Positions 12,230 through 24,244 of a DNA stretch of 39,095 nucleotides are shown here, piece by piece (position 1 is the stretch's first letter; every line of letters begins with the position of its first letter). Origin of the DNA: Octopus bimaculoides. Taxonomy: Eukaryota. A program made the position numbers and the translations under genes. The DNA lies in contig NC_068989.1 of NCBI RefSeq assembly GCF_001194135.2, forward strand, positions 30,212,776-30,251,870, in the 5' to 3' direction. Under the pieces are notes generated by a model, which had not been told where the DNA came from, did no database searches, and worked only from the letters and a program-made list of their open reading frames with translations.

Positions 12230-12376
12230 CTATTAGGAGGAGGGAGAAAGGGAAGGAGAAAAAGCTGTTGAGAGAGAAAGACAGAGTGTATATGAAAGAT
12301 AGACAAGTATTGTTGTTACTATCATAACTAACAAGTTTTGAAAGATATATAGTTATTTTTTGTGGTTGTTCGAGTG

Positions 12377-12379
<3 letters not shown>

Positions 12380-12420
<41 letters not shown>

Positions 12421-12440
12421 CGCGCGCGCGCGTGTGTGTG
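12380..12440. repeat. Compound (TG)n(CG)10(TG)4 alternating purine-pyrimidine tract
   Basis: Read directly from the sequence. Confidence 0.95.
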
Positions 12441-12536
12441 AACACATGCATGTGTTTCTGCGTTTTTCGACATATAGAAAATGCAATACAGACTTTTAAA
12501 AAAGACTTTCACATTGAATAGAAGAGGAGAAGAAAA

Positions 12537-13985
12537 GGTATCCGGTGTACATGTCCCAGCTAGTGGAAATGGTGTTGCCAAAGTAGTGTTAAAGTAGTTA
12601 ATAGCTGGGAATGGGTAAATATCTCGTTGTTGGTGATGCAGTCATTCCACTTGACCTCAAGAATACTCCGAAAGCTGTGCAGATGGAAGGCATTCAGGCG
12701 GTGCTCTTGTCTTATGTAAAGGCACCAGGTCTCACCACCATACAGCAAGGTGCTGAGGATACATACTTTATAGACTGTGAAATTTGGTGAATCTTATCAG
12801 CTTGCCATTTAACCACACTTTTTGAGCTAGTTTAGTGAAGGTCGAAGCTGCTAACCCAATTCTCCTGGTCAGCTCCTGGTTGAGTGTGAGGCTATCCATA
12901 ATTATTGAGCCAAGGTACGTAAACTCACAGACCATATTGAGTGAGTGGTTGTCGATGTTAATGATGGGGGGATCCAAGATGTCTTGGCCCATTACCTTGG
13001 TCTTCTGTTGGCTGGTTGTTAAGCTGGAGACACAGCACGCCCAGTTGAGATTGTCCATCATTGTTTGCAGTGCTGAATGAGCTACTAGAGCTGTGTCATT
13101 GGCAAACAGCATCTCCTGGAAGTAAACCTTGTGGGTTTTGGTCTTCGTATTGAGCCTTGACAAATCGAATAGTTTTCTGTCTGATCTTGTGTGGAGGCAA
13201 ATGCTGTCGTTTTGCATACCAAATGCATACTTCAGCATGACAACAAAATAGATGTTGAACAGGGTAGGAGCAAGCACGCATCCCTGTTTTACCTCACATT
13301 GAACATCAATGAGTTCTGAGGTGTTTCTGTTGAATTGTACAGTGGCCTTCATGTACCAATGGAAAAACTCAAGGATGCCGAGCAGTTGAGGAGGACACCT
13401 AATCTTTCCAAGAACTTGGAACAACCCATTCCTACTAACCGTGTCAAACGCCTCTGTCAAGTTAATGAATGCAATGTAGCGAGATTGGTTCTGTTCCCTG
13501 CACTTCTCTTGTAACTGCCTAACTCTGTAATGTGGATCGTCCAGATCTGAAACCACTTTGAGATTCTAGGCAGATCCTTTCTGCAAATTTCCTAACTCGG
13601 TCGAGAGCCATGCGAGCAAATGCCTTCCCAATGACACTGAGTGGTGATATACCTCTTTAGCTGTCACAGTGATTCCTGCTTCCTTTGTTTTTATACATGA
13701 CAATTTTACTGTCTTTCATATCACTGTGTATTTCCCCTTCCTCCCAACAATGACACAGGATATAGTGGAGTTGGTGTAGGATGTCTTCTTTTGAACACTT
13801 GATAACTTCAGATGGTATCCCATCTAGTCCAGGCGCTTTTCCGGTCGGTCAAGTGCTTTTTCTAATTCCTCTACATATGTCTCTCATGCCAGTCACTAGT
13901 TGGATGTGTCCACACAGCTTCAGCCAGTATTTGTTCCTAAGGTTGTCATGTCAGGGTGTGGGGTGAGGATAAGCTTCCACTACCT
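12537..13985 (-). mobile_element. RTE-clade (BovB-like) LINE, RT-containing 3' segment, truncated at the 3' end
   Basis: NKYWLKLC linker, GKAPGLDGIP, KCREQNQ..YIAFINLTEAFDTVSR, VKQGCVLAPTLFNIYF, MLFAND (FADD), FTYLGS, LYGGETW; ends at LGHVHR. Confidence 0.9.
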
Positions 13986-13994
13986 AAAAAATAT

Positions 13995-15850
13995 ACCCTT
14001 ATGGCATACATCTCAAAGAGCCTCTGACAGCCATGTCCAACTCCTGGCCTTCTCATGTGGCCTATCACCTGGAGATGGTGGAACTGTTACAACTGACAGG
14101 AGAAGTGAGGGTGAGTTACTGGCACCTCAAAAACCAGTGCTTTGGGTAGATGGGACCCATTAGCCCCAGAAGGCAACCCATCTAAGAGAAACCCCACTGC
14201 CTTGTGATGAAACCCATCATGGAAAAGGCTCGGGGAGAAAGCCCCGAGGAGAAATCCAGAGCTGGAGTCCCAAAGGTAGTTTGAAGTTGTACTCAACCTC
14301 ACGCTGACAACTCCTATGACACACCAATCCCAAGCTGTACTGGCCTCTGCCTTTCCCTTGAATACTATCGGTGATGTGGAGAGTGAGGGACCTGTCACAT
14401 GGGCAACTGCAGGTCTTCCACAAAAACTGCCCATGTCTGCACCCTGGAGAAGACACTCCAGAGTCTGATTTGCAATGGTACAACAAAGAAAATAGCAGTT
14501 ACTAGTGATAAGTTTTCGTTCAATTGATGTAGAGCTAGGTACCAGGGGCTGTTTTTGATGGTGGGAGAGACCTCAATGTCTTACTGGATAGCTACTGTCT
14601 GCCTCAAGTTAAGCATCCCCCAGCCAAATAGGTCCTGTCCTGTCACAGTCTGTTTGCCCTACAGGGTGCATAGGGCTCAGCAATACATGTGTTCTGAAAC
14701 ATAGACTGCAAACTTTGCACCAAGCAAAAAAAAATAAATAAAAAAACAGGAAGCTAGCCCTTAAACTAGGTTGCTGGAATGTTCGGACTCTATTTCCAAG
14801 ATTGTCCGATGACTATCGAGAAATCGACATCACACACAAAACAGCCACCATCAATAATGAACTACTGAGACTCCAGGTGGAAATTGCCGCTCTTCGGGAA
14901 ACAGGCCTGTTGGAGAGAGGAACTTTACACGAGTGGGATTATGCATTCTTCTGGCAAGAGAAAAGCGATGGGGATGTTAGAGAACATAGAGTTGGCTTTG
15001 CAGTGGAAAAACTCACGCATGCAGATGGTGGAACTCAATGATGAAGGGACAGAGAGGATGCTATATCTTTGACTGCACATGTTGGACGGACTGGCCACAT
15101 TGGTCAGTGCTTATGCACCTACCTTATACTCCAACCAGGACTTGAAAGATGATTTCTGCAGACAATTGTCATCGAAGCTAAGCAGGATACGATCAAGAGA
15201 AACCCTGATACTACTAGATTTCAATGCTAGAGTGGGTGCTGAGTCTACATCTTGACCAGCTTGTTTAGGAAAGCACAGGATCAGGAAAATGAATGAAAAT
15301 GGACAGTGCTTGCTGGAACTATGCACACTCCATGGATTGTGTGTAACTAACACATATTTCCATGGGATGTACCCACGTTCCAAACATTGGCACCAGCTGG
15401 ACCTAATACTCACAAGGCAGCATCATATGTGGAACATGCTCATCACCTGCTCCTTCCAGAGTGCTGATTGTGATATGGACCACTCTCCGGTTTGTTGCAA
15501 GATCAAACTCCTCCCCAAAATCCTTCATTAGGCCAGACCTGCTGGTAGGCAGCACATCGATGCCAGGCTGACAAAATGATTACACAAAGTCGCTAAATTC
15601 AGCAAAACCCTCAAACAGTCCATCACAGCCATCTCACCTGAAGGAGATGCTTTGCACCAATGGAACACCCTCAAAGACCACCTCTGCAGCATTGGCCTTC
15701 ATGTCTTTGGGAAAAAACAACAGTAAACTCCCAACTGGTTCAAAGCGAAATCAAGTGAACTGACCAGTGTTCTAGCAGAAAAACGGGATGCTCTAATTAA
15801 GCACAAACAGCCATGCTGTACAAGGCACACTAAACAGAACTACCTGTAAA
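13995..15850 (+). mobile_element. RTE-clade LINE 5' UTR plus AP-endonuclease segment, inverted relative to the RT segment
   Basis: GC-richer 5' UTR, then LGCWNVRTL, IAALRET, SAYAPT, DFNARVG, ENGQCLLELC, HWHQLDLIL, DCDMDH; ends in the EN-RT linker. Confidence 0.88.
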
Positions 15851-15879
15851 TAAGAATCAAGTGGCACCAGCAAGTAATT

Positions 15880-16577
15880 GATAGTGAACTCTCCAAAGAA
15901 GCATTAGTTGAATTTGTTTATGCTGATATACCAATGAACTACATAAATGCGTAGTGGATGTCTTTAAGAGCTATTTTAACAACAAAAAACGAAAAAGTTG
16001 ATAAGTTAAGTGAAGAAATTAAGGAAAAACTTCCAGGAAATATGATTATATTAAGAAATTTAGATTCAGTGACAGAAGAAAATCATTCTTTTCTCTATCC
16101 TACAGAATTTTTGAGTTCACTAAATATATGTGGCCCTCCTCCTCACATCATCAAGACTGAGACTGGAGCTCCAGTAATGTTATTATGAAATATAGACTTC
16201 ACTCAAAGCCATTGCAATGGTACTTGCTACACAGTGCTCAATGTCACTAATACTGTACTGACTTTGACCATTTCTCAACTTCCTCTTCAGCCCTCTGACA
16301 CTGTTCACTCTATGAAGATTGCAATTCCCCATCAGAGCTGCTTTTGTTATGTCAATAAATAAGATTCAAGGACAAAGTTTAGAGAGATGTGGATTGTATC
16401 TACCTGATCCAGTGTTCATCTAAGGACAATTTTACGTTGTTAATAGCAGACTGGGAAACCCTGAAAACCCACACATTTGTAGATCAAACAAAATTCAACA
16501 ACACAGCAAAGAAGAGACAAGATGATGGAAAAAGAACTTTGACAAGGAATGTTGTTCATCATGAAGTTATAGTATGA
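15880..16577 (+). pseudogene. Helitron-type Pif1 helicase C-terminal fragment
   Basis: LRAILTTKN, YPTEFLSSLN..GPPPH, GAPVMLL, HCNGT, AFVMSINKIQGQSL, GQFYV, RNVVHHEV: a decayed run of Pif1/Helitron helicase motifs. No Rep domain or CTAG 3' end seen. Confidence 0.85.
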
Positions 16578-17127
16578 GATATTCTTCAATAAATATACTT
16601 ATTCTGTAGAATATGAAGAAAAGTATTCTAAATAAATGTTATTGTTCAACAGTATTCAAGTTGTTACTAATGTTCACCAAGAAAGTCAATCTAAACCTTA
16701 TTTGCAAAATTTATGAAAGTACGTGCATGATTTAGAAATATTTTTATCTGACAGCAGGTATTGAATTAGTTTTTTTATAATTTTTACCTGATTTGTTTCT
16801 CTAAACCTTTATATTCCTCAAATTACCTGGTTCTTAAAACCTGTATAACCTTTATAACTTTAATTTTTTTATGAAAAGCTTTGTTAAACTGAACATTCTG
16901 AAACTTAGCTTTTAGACTTTACATTCTAATTTAATGTTGGTACTATTTAGAGTGAAATTCTTCAAATTTTCAAATAAAAAAAATTTTAGTTAAACAAGTT
17001 CAAAAAATTTTTTTTTACTTTTTAATCTTTCATCTTCATTTAAAATTTTTATCTATCTCATGTTTTGCCTTTTTTTAATTTTATTTTTTGATCTTGTTAT
17101 TTCCTGGGTACCAGGCTTGTCAATTTC

Positions 17128-17129
<2 letters not shown>

Positions 17130-17163
<34 letters not shown>

Positions 17164-18495
17164 TATTGTTTAACGTCCGCTTTCCATGTTAGCATGGGTT
17201 GGACAATTTAACTGAGGACTGGCGAACCAGATGGCTGCACCAGGCTCCAATATAATTTGGCAGAGTTTGTACAGCTGGATGCCCTTCCTAACGCCAACCA
17301 CTCCGAGAGTGTAGTGGGTGCTTTTACGTGTCACCGGCACAAAGGCCAGTCAGGAGCTACTGGCAATGGCCACGCTCAGAATGGTGTATTTTATGTGCCA
17401 CCTGCACGGGAGCCAGTCCGGCAGCACTGGCAATGACCTCGCTCGAATGTCTTTTCACGTGCCACTGGTACAAGTACCAGGAAGGCGACGCTGGTAATGA
17501 TTATGCTCAAATGGTGCTATTTACGTGCCACTGGCATGGAAGCCAGACAGCTGTTCTGGCAATGATCATGCTCGGACGATGCTCTTAGCGCTCCTTTGGT
17601 ACAGGTGCCATCATGATTTCACTTTCACTTGCCCCAACAGGTCTTCGCAAGCTGAGTTTAGTGTCCAATGAAGGAGACGTTGGCATGGGTGCCAGTCGTC
17701 GAATTTAGTTTGATTTCAATTTCACTTGCCTCAACAGGTCTTCGCAAGCAGAGTTTAATATCCAATGAAGGAAAGGTACGCATAAGTGGGCTGTCTACAC
17801 CCCTGGCATAGGTCTTGGATTATGGTCTCACTTGGCTTGCCGGGTCTTCTCACGCACAGCATATTTCCAAAGGTCTTGGTCAAAAGTCATTGCCTCGGTG
17901 AGGCCNNNNNNNNNNNNNNNNNNNNNNNNNNNNNNNNNNNNNNNNNNNNNNNNNNNNNNNNNNNNNNNNNNNNNNNNNNNNNNNNNNNNNNNNNNNNNNN
18001 NNNNNNNNNNNNNNNNNNNNNNNNNNNNNNNNNNNNNNNNNNNNNNNNNNNNNNNNNNNNNNNNNNNNNNNNNNNNNNNNNNNNNNNNNNNNNNNNNNNN
18101 NNNNNNNNNNNNNNNNNNNNNNNNNNNNNNNNNNNNNNNNNNNNNNNNNNNNNATACACTCTGTCGAGTATGCACACTGACATTACACATCCATCGGAGC
18201 ATACTGGCTTCATTCCTTGCAAGCTTACGCATGTCCTCAGCAGTCACGGCCCATGTTTCACTGCCATGTAGCATGGCTGTTCGTACACATGCATCATACA
18301 GTCTGTCTTTTACTCTGAGTGAGAGGCCCCTTGTCACCAACAGAGGTAAGAGCTCTCTGAACTTTGCCCAGGCTATTCTTATTCTAGCAGCTACACTTTC
18401 AGCGCACCCTCTCCCACTACTAACTTGGTTACCTAGATAGCGGAAGTTATCAACTACGTCTAGTTTTTCTCCCTGGAATGTGGCATCTTTATGCT
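17130..18495 (-). mobile_element. 5'-truncated RTE/RTE-X-type LINE (copy A) with repeat-rich 3' UTR and (ATG)n tail
   Basis: FRYLG, AMLHGSETW, MLRWMC, stop at 17828; 3' UTR with GGTTGGCGTTAGGAAGGGCATCC motif and ~60-bp and ~95-bp tandem units; (CAT)n at 17130-17163. Contains N gap 17906-18153. Confidence 0.88.
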
Positions 18496-18509
18496 TTATT
18501 ATGTACAAA

Positions 18510-19140
18510 CTGATATTTCCTTATTAACTCACCTGTATCCTCTCTATTATAATGTTTCTTTAAATCCTTCACATGTTTGTATCTTAGTATCATTTTGCAA
18601 TTTCCTTTCTTATACCTCAAATGGGCTTTGCAATCTGATCAGATTCATTTACTTTTCCCTTATGGGTAGGATTATGGTTTGTATTAGTATAATGGATAGT
18701 TTAATCATTAATACTTTATCAAATTTTTTCGTCTTTTTTTATCATGTATGTTTATAGAATGAAAATAGCTATGAACATACCTTGAAAATTCCTAAAACTA
18801 ATAGATAACCACTTCCTACACTCACACAAATACCATAAGATTTTCAACAGAAATACGATTAAAGTTAACTATAGTTGCCTCACCAATATGGGGTCGATTA
18901 TATTCAACCACAATAAAAATAGTACCACTAGAAATATCTCCAAAAGACAATGTAATTGTAGATCCCCAAACTACTGTCCTTTGAATAACAAGTTTCTAGA
19001 AAAAGAACTTGTATAGAAGTCCAATATCACAGATCTAAAGGGAGTACCAAAGATGATAAGTAACTGTTTCAAAGAAAGATATACACAGTATTTGGCATCA
19101 TTCAGAGACAAAAATAAAAACACACAACATTCCTATCTAA
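18510..19140. pseudogene. Penelope-like element fragment in two opposite orientations
   Basis: Plus 18780-19140: IDNHF..HKYHKIFNRNTIKVNYSCLTNMGSIIFNHNK, CNCR..CPL, LVY (linker plus GIY-YIG start). Minus 18510-18760 has weaker thumb-like remnants. Confidence 0.65.
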
Positions 19141-19149
19141 CACGACAAT

Positions 19150-22100
19150 GATCATAATCATCATCATTTAACGTCTGTTGTCCATGCTGGTATGGGTTGG
19201 ATGGTTTTACCAGGGCTGGTAAGCTGAGGGGCTGCACCAAACTCCAGTCTAATTTGACATGGTTTCTATAGCAGAATAAACCTAATGCCAACCACTTTGA
19301 GAGTGTAATGAGTGCTTTTACATGCCACCAGCATGGGTACCAGTTGTGTGACACCAGTATCTGCTATGATTATGATTTCACTTGACTTGATGGGTCGTCT
19401 ACTCAAGCATGGCATATTGCCAAAGGTTTCAGTCATTTGTCATTGCTTCCATGAGGCCTAATGCTTGAAAGGTGCCACTGGCATGGGTGCTAGTTATGCA
19501 ATGGTCATGACTACAATTTCACTTGGCTCGATGGGTCTTCTCAAGCATGGCATATTGCCAAAGGTCTTGGTCACTAGTCATTGCCTCCATGAAGTCCAAC
19601 ATTTAAAGATCATGCTTCACCACCTTGTTCTATGTTTTCCTGGATCTACCTCTTCCACAGGTTCCCTCCACAGTTAGAGATTGGCACTTCTTTACACAGC
19701 AGTCCTCATCCATATGCATCACATGACTATACTAGTGCAGTTGTCTCTCTTGCACACCACATCTTATGCCTTTTATGCCCAACTTTTCTTTCAAGACACA
19801 TTCTGTCGTACATGTACACTGACATTGCACATCCAGCGAATCATGCGAGCTTTACTTCTTACAAGCCTACGTATGTCCTTGGTGGTCACAGCCCATGTTT
19901 CACTGTTGTGTAACATAGCTGTTTGCACACAGGCATCATACAATCTGCTTTTTAACATGAGGGAGAAGCCCTTTGTTACCAACAGAGGTAGAAGCTATCT
20001 GAACTTTGCCTAGCCTATACTTATTTTTGCAGCTATGCTCTTGGACCATCCACCTCCACTATTGACTTGGTCACCTACATAATTGAAGTTATCAGCTACC
20101 TCTAGCTCACCCTCCTGGCATTTGATGGAGTTTGTTGTCTGTACATTTTTACTGTTTATTGTACCTGTGCACCTTCCACACACAAAAACAGTTAACCTTC
20201 TCCTGATAGTGCTGCATCTCTTATGGGTCCATAGCTTGCACTGGATGCATCTTACGGAATTTATACTTATGCTTTTCCTACAGATTGAGCAGGGCCATCT
20301 ACCTGACGGCATGTGTGATATCTCTGCTTTCCTATTTACTAAGACTTTATTTTTTGCTAGGTTAACTCTAAAGCTCTTTGATTCTAGGCCTTGCTTCCAC
20401 ACCTGAAATTTCTTCTCTAGTTCCAGTAGAGATTCAACTATAAGAACAAGGTCATCAGCATAAAGAAGATCCCAGGAGCAGCCCATCTTAAATTCCTCTG
20501 TTATTGCCAAGAGGACTATGATGAACAAGAGAGGGCTGAGGACTTATCCTAAGTGAACCTCTACTTGTACCCTGAAGTCATCGCTATGCTCATTGCTAAC
20601 CTCACCTTACTGACTGCATCCCTGTACAATTTCTTGTACAGCTCTCACCAACGACTCATTTATCCCTAGTTTCCACATTGACCACCAGATAATGGATCAG
20701 GGAACCCTGTAAAGGCTTTCTCCAAGTCAACAAAAGCCAAGTACAGAGGTTTATCTTTGGCTAAGTACTTTTCCTGCAGCTGCCTTACTAGAAATATAAC
20801 ATCAGTGGCACAAAACCAAACTGCATCTCATCTAGACTAACTCTCTCCCTAATTAGTTGGGTTATGACCGTCTCTATGATTTTCATCACCTGATTCAACA
20901 ATTTGATACCTCTGTAATTAATTCTATCTAAGGCATCACCTTTACCTTTGTAGCAGTTGACTATGGTGCTGCTACACCAGTCATTGGGTATGACTCTTTT
21001 GTGTACCACTTGACTAACTATATGGGTGACTAGAGCATAACCCACACCACCAAATATTTTAAGCACCTGAACAGTTATTCCTGATGGGCTGGGGCTAACC
21101 CCATCTTCATATCCTTCATGGCTGTCTACAACACTACTGTCTATTTGGATTGCCCTATGAGTTCTCTACATTTTGTAGCCTTTTATAGTGGCACTTCCAA
21201 TCCTCTTTCTTTGCAGAGTCATTAACTACAAGTGAACCATCATCCATGCGGACACACTTCTCTCCCACATCCTCACAATTTTCCCTGGTACACTGTCTTG
21301 CAAACCAAAACATTTCAAACTGCTGGTCTCCATGCTGCAGAACATTGGCAAACTTCTTCCTTTCTATTTCACCCCTGGCTAAATATACCTACCTCCTAGC
21401 TTCCCTTTTAGCTGCTTGATATAGCTCTTTGCTACCACCACCATTCCAGTCCTTCCAAGCTTGTTTCTTTGCCCTGTCAACTACATTGCTCTATGCCATG
21501 TCACCATAGGTCTAGTTGGGACTTCGCACCACCCACAAATTTGGTCTGTGGCTCTTAGTAAGTTGTCTCATAGGAATTTCTAGTTATCCTCTACATTGCA
21601 AGTCTGTAACCCCTCTTGCCCATCAAATGTTTCAGTTAGGAAGTTCCTAAACCCTTGATTATTCAAATGATCCTTAGGCTACCAGATCTTTCTTTTCCAA
21701 ACTGGTTTGCTTCTTGGAATCCTTTGTGTCTGCAGTTTTAAGTCACTAATGAGTAACTATTGCCGAAGGGTACACTCTTCACTGGGGAAGGACTTTGCCT
21801 TTATGAGCAGCCATGGATGAGAATGTAGTCAATCAGGCTAGCATGGTCACCAGATTTATAGGTTATCAAGTGACTGGCTTATTTACTGAAGTTGGTGTTG
21901 CAAATCATTAGGTCATTCACATCATAGAACTCCAGCAGCCTTGTTCCCTCCTCATTTCAGGAACCAATTTCATGGCCACCATGTACCCACTGGAAGACAT
22001 CTGGGTGCTGCCCAACATACCCGTTGAAATCACCAGCCACAAAGATAAGGTCTCAGTCACTTGTAGCCTACAAAAGAGTCATAAAAAGTCCTTTTGTTCA

Positions 22101-22560
22101 TTTGGTAAGTCCAATTGTGAGGCACAGGCAGAGATGATTGTTGCAGTGCTATTCTGCAAAACTAGTCTGAGCTTAAGTACCCTATCACACACTCTGACTA
22201 TTTCTTTGCTAGAAGTATGCAAATGCTTCCTACTCCATTTTAGTTGCCCTCCCAGGAACCTAGCTGAAGCTCCCCTCCACCAAACTTCTTGGATACAGCA
22301 CACATCAATATATCTGTTTTCAAGCATCTCAACAATCTCACTAGACCTACCTTTCAATGTGCCTACATTGACCATACTGACTCTGAAGGAATGTAAAGGA
22401 AAGTAGAAAGTAACATGGAGAGGGGGAACTGTAGCTTTCAGCTTCTGAAAAGAAGGTTGTAATGAGCATTGACCAACATACATGTCATAGCAGTTGTCCT
22501 TGCATTATTCCACCATCAATTATGCTACACTTGCCACATCCTCTGAATGTGGGTGTTATA
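19150..22560 (-). mobile_element. Near full-length decayed RTE/RTE-X-type LINE (copy B)
   Basis: APE (NVGTLKGRS, CCIQEV), YKGKGDALDRINYRGIKLL, QFGFVP, LLYADDLVL, Cys/His finger insert, MLHNSETW; 3' UTR and (ATG)n tail at ~19150-19167. Confidence 0.9.
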
Positions 22561-23689
22561 TCAGCATTAGTATAAGCAATGATATGGACACTAAAAGAAA
22601 GAGGAGTAAGTTACCTGCACCAAATGTGAGCTATGTATAACTGAAAAGCTAAATATCATCCAATCAAAAACTAATATTTTAAACATTAGAGTTTAAACTT
22701 TCTCTCTCTGCATGCATAAGTAATATTTTACACTCAGATATTTCAAAGAGGACTCACTACCTACTCTGTCACCCCAGCTTGGCTAGGTTTTTTCCTCTGA
22801 GTGTGAACATTAAATGTATGCACCATATAAACTTTAAGCATAAAAGACACTTGTCTTCATGCTGAGCACTTTCAACACTCAAATAGACGAGCATTACACA
22901 TACCCAGGGTATTACATGATACAAACAAACTTATCATTCAAGAACCCTACAACTTTACAAACTTGACAGGAAAATATGTGTAAAAAATGTGTAAGATATG
23001 AGAAACTCCACAGTCGTATGCACACATCCAAAATCTATACACAGATATATGTACATATGTACATTTTGTATGTATGTATATATATGCGTGTATATATGTG
23101 GGGGTGCATGAGTGTATCTGTGTATGTGTGCGTGCACATACATGAAGATGTATACATAATGCATAAAACAACACGTGATCCACAGACTGAAAAAATATAT
23201 ATATACTAATTCATGAATATACACATAAACTTAAATATACACAATTATAACACCACTGTAAAAACATTGATACCAAAATGTGATAAACATTTGGCAACAA
23301 GGTGCACATATATGTAAATATGAACTATTAAGTGCACAAGTTTTAAAATCATAAAATATTAATGCAAGTAAAATATTGATGCAGGTATGTGTGTGCATCT
23401 ACATGGGTGAGAAAAATTTGAATGAAGCAAATTTTTCCAAGATTCAAATTTAAAGGAGATGATCATCCAAAAGTTGTTCCCCTGATGCCTTGTTTTTGTT
23501 TACCGAAAAATCTCATGACTTTTATTGTGATTTTATCTGATTTTTCATGTTTTGATCTAAACTGGAGATGAACACCAATGTTCCATGTGATAAGCTTGAT
23601 AATTTCTAAGGGTGTCATTAACATGAAACCAATCGTAGCCTTAATCCTTGTATATAATGAATACTGAAATTGATAACTACTACAAAATG

Positions 23690-23975
23690 AGTTCCTGACA
23701 CTCTGTCTAGGGTTCATGGAATTAACGTGCTGAGCACTCTGCATATATGCATAATCTTAATTTACTTCTTAAAGAAATTCAGTGTGATACAGAATGTGAC
23801 AAGGCTAGCCCTTTGAAATGCAGGTCCAACTCATTTCTGCCAGCTGAGTGTACTGGGGCAATGTGAAATGAAAAGTCATGTTCAAAGACATCAACGTGCT
23901 GCTGGGAATCAAACTCACAACCTTACAATCGTGAACAGAATACCATAACCACTAAGTCATGTGCTTTCAAAAACA
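23690..23975 (-). mobile_element. tRNA-derived SINE, family B, decayed
   Basis: Minus strand reads as a head TTAGTGGTTATGGTATTC...GAGTTTGATTCCC followed by a CTTTGAACATGAC...TTTCATTTCACATTGC body. A related plus-strand remnant lies at ~27273-27360. Confidence 0.6.
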
Positions 23976-24244
23976 CATAGGCAAGAGTATGGATAAACAT
24001 ACTAACCTCACTTAAAATCGGACATCCACTCATTCTATTATCAATACTACTACTGCTAGCATACATAACACTGACAATACTCTAGAATATATCATATATG
24101 AGGGAGATGAATCTGACAGATTCAATTTAACCCAGATTGATATCTTAGTAACAACACTAACATATTATATAAAGGATGCTAAAGGGAAAGGAGGCAACTT
24201 CTGAAGATTTAACATTTATAAGTGTACTGTCCTTAACACACAAC

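Noticed and set aside
11988-12581. 197-aa minus-strand ORF
   Set aside because: Mostly (CA)n, (GC)n and pyrimidine-tract translation; only the short exon candidates inside it have splice support.
23463-23744. 93-aa minus-strand ORF as a host exon
   Set aside because: Partly overlaps a SINE tail; no recognisable motif or matching splice pair.
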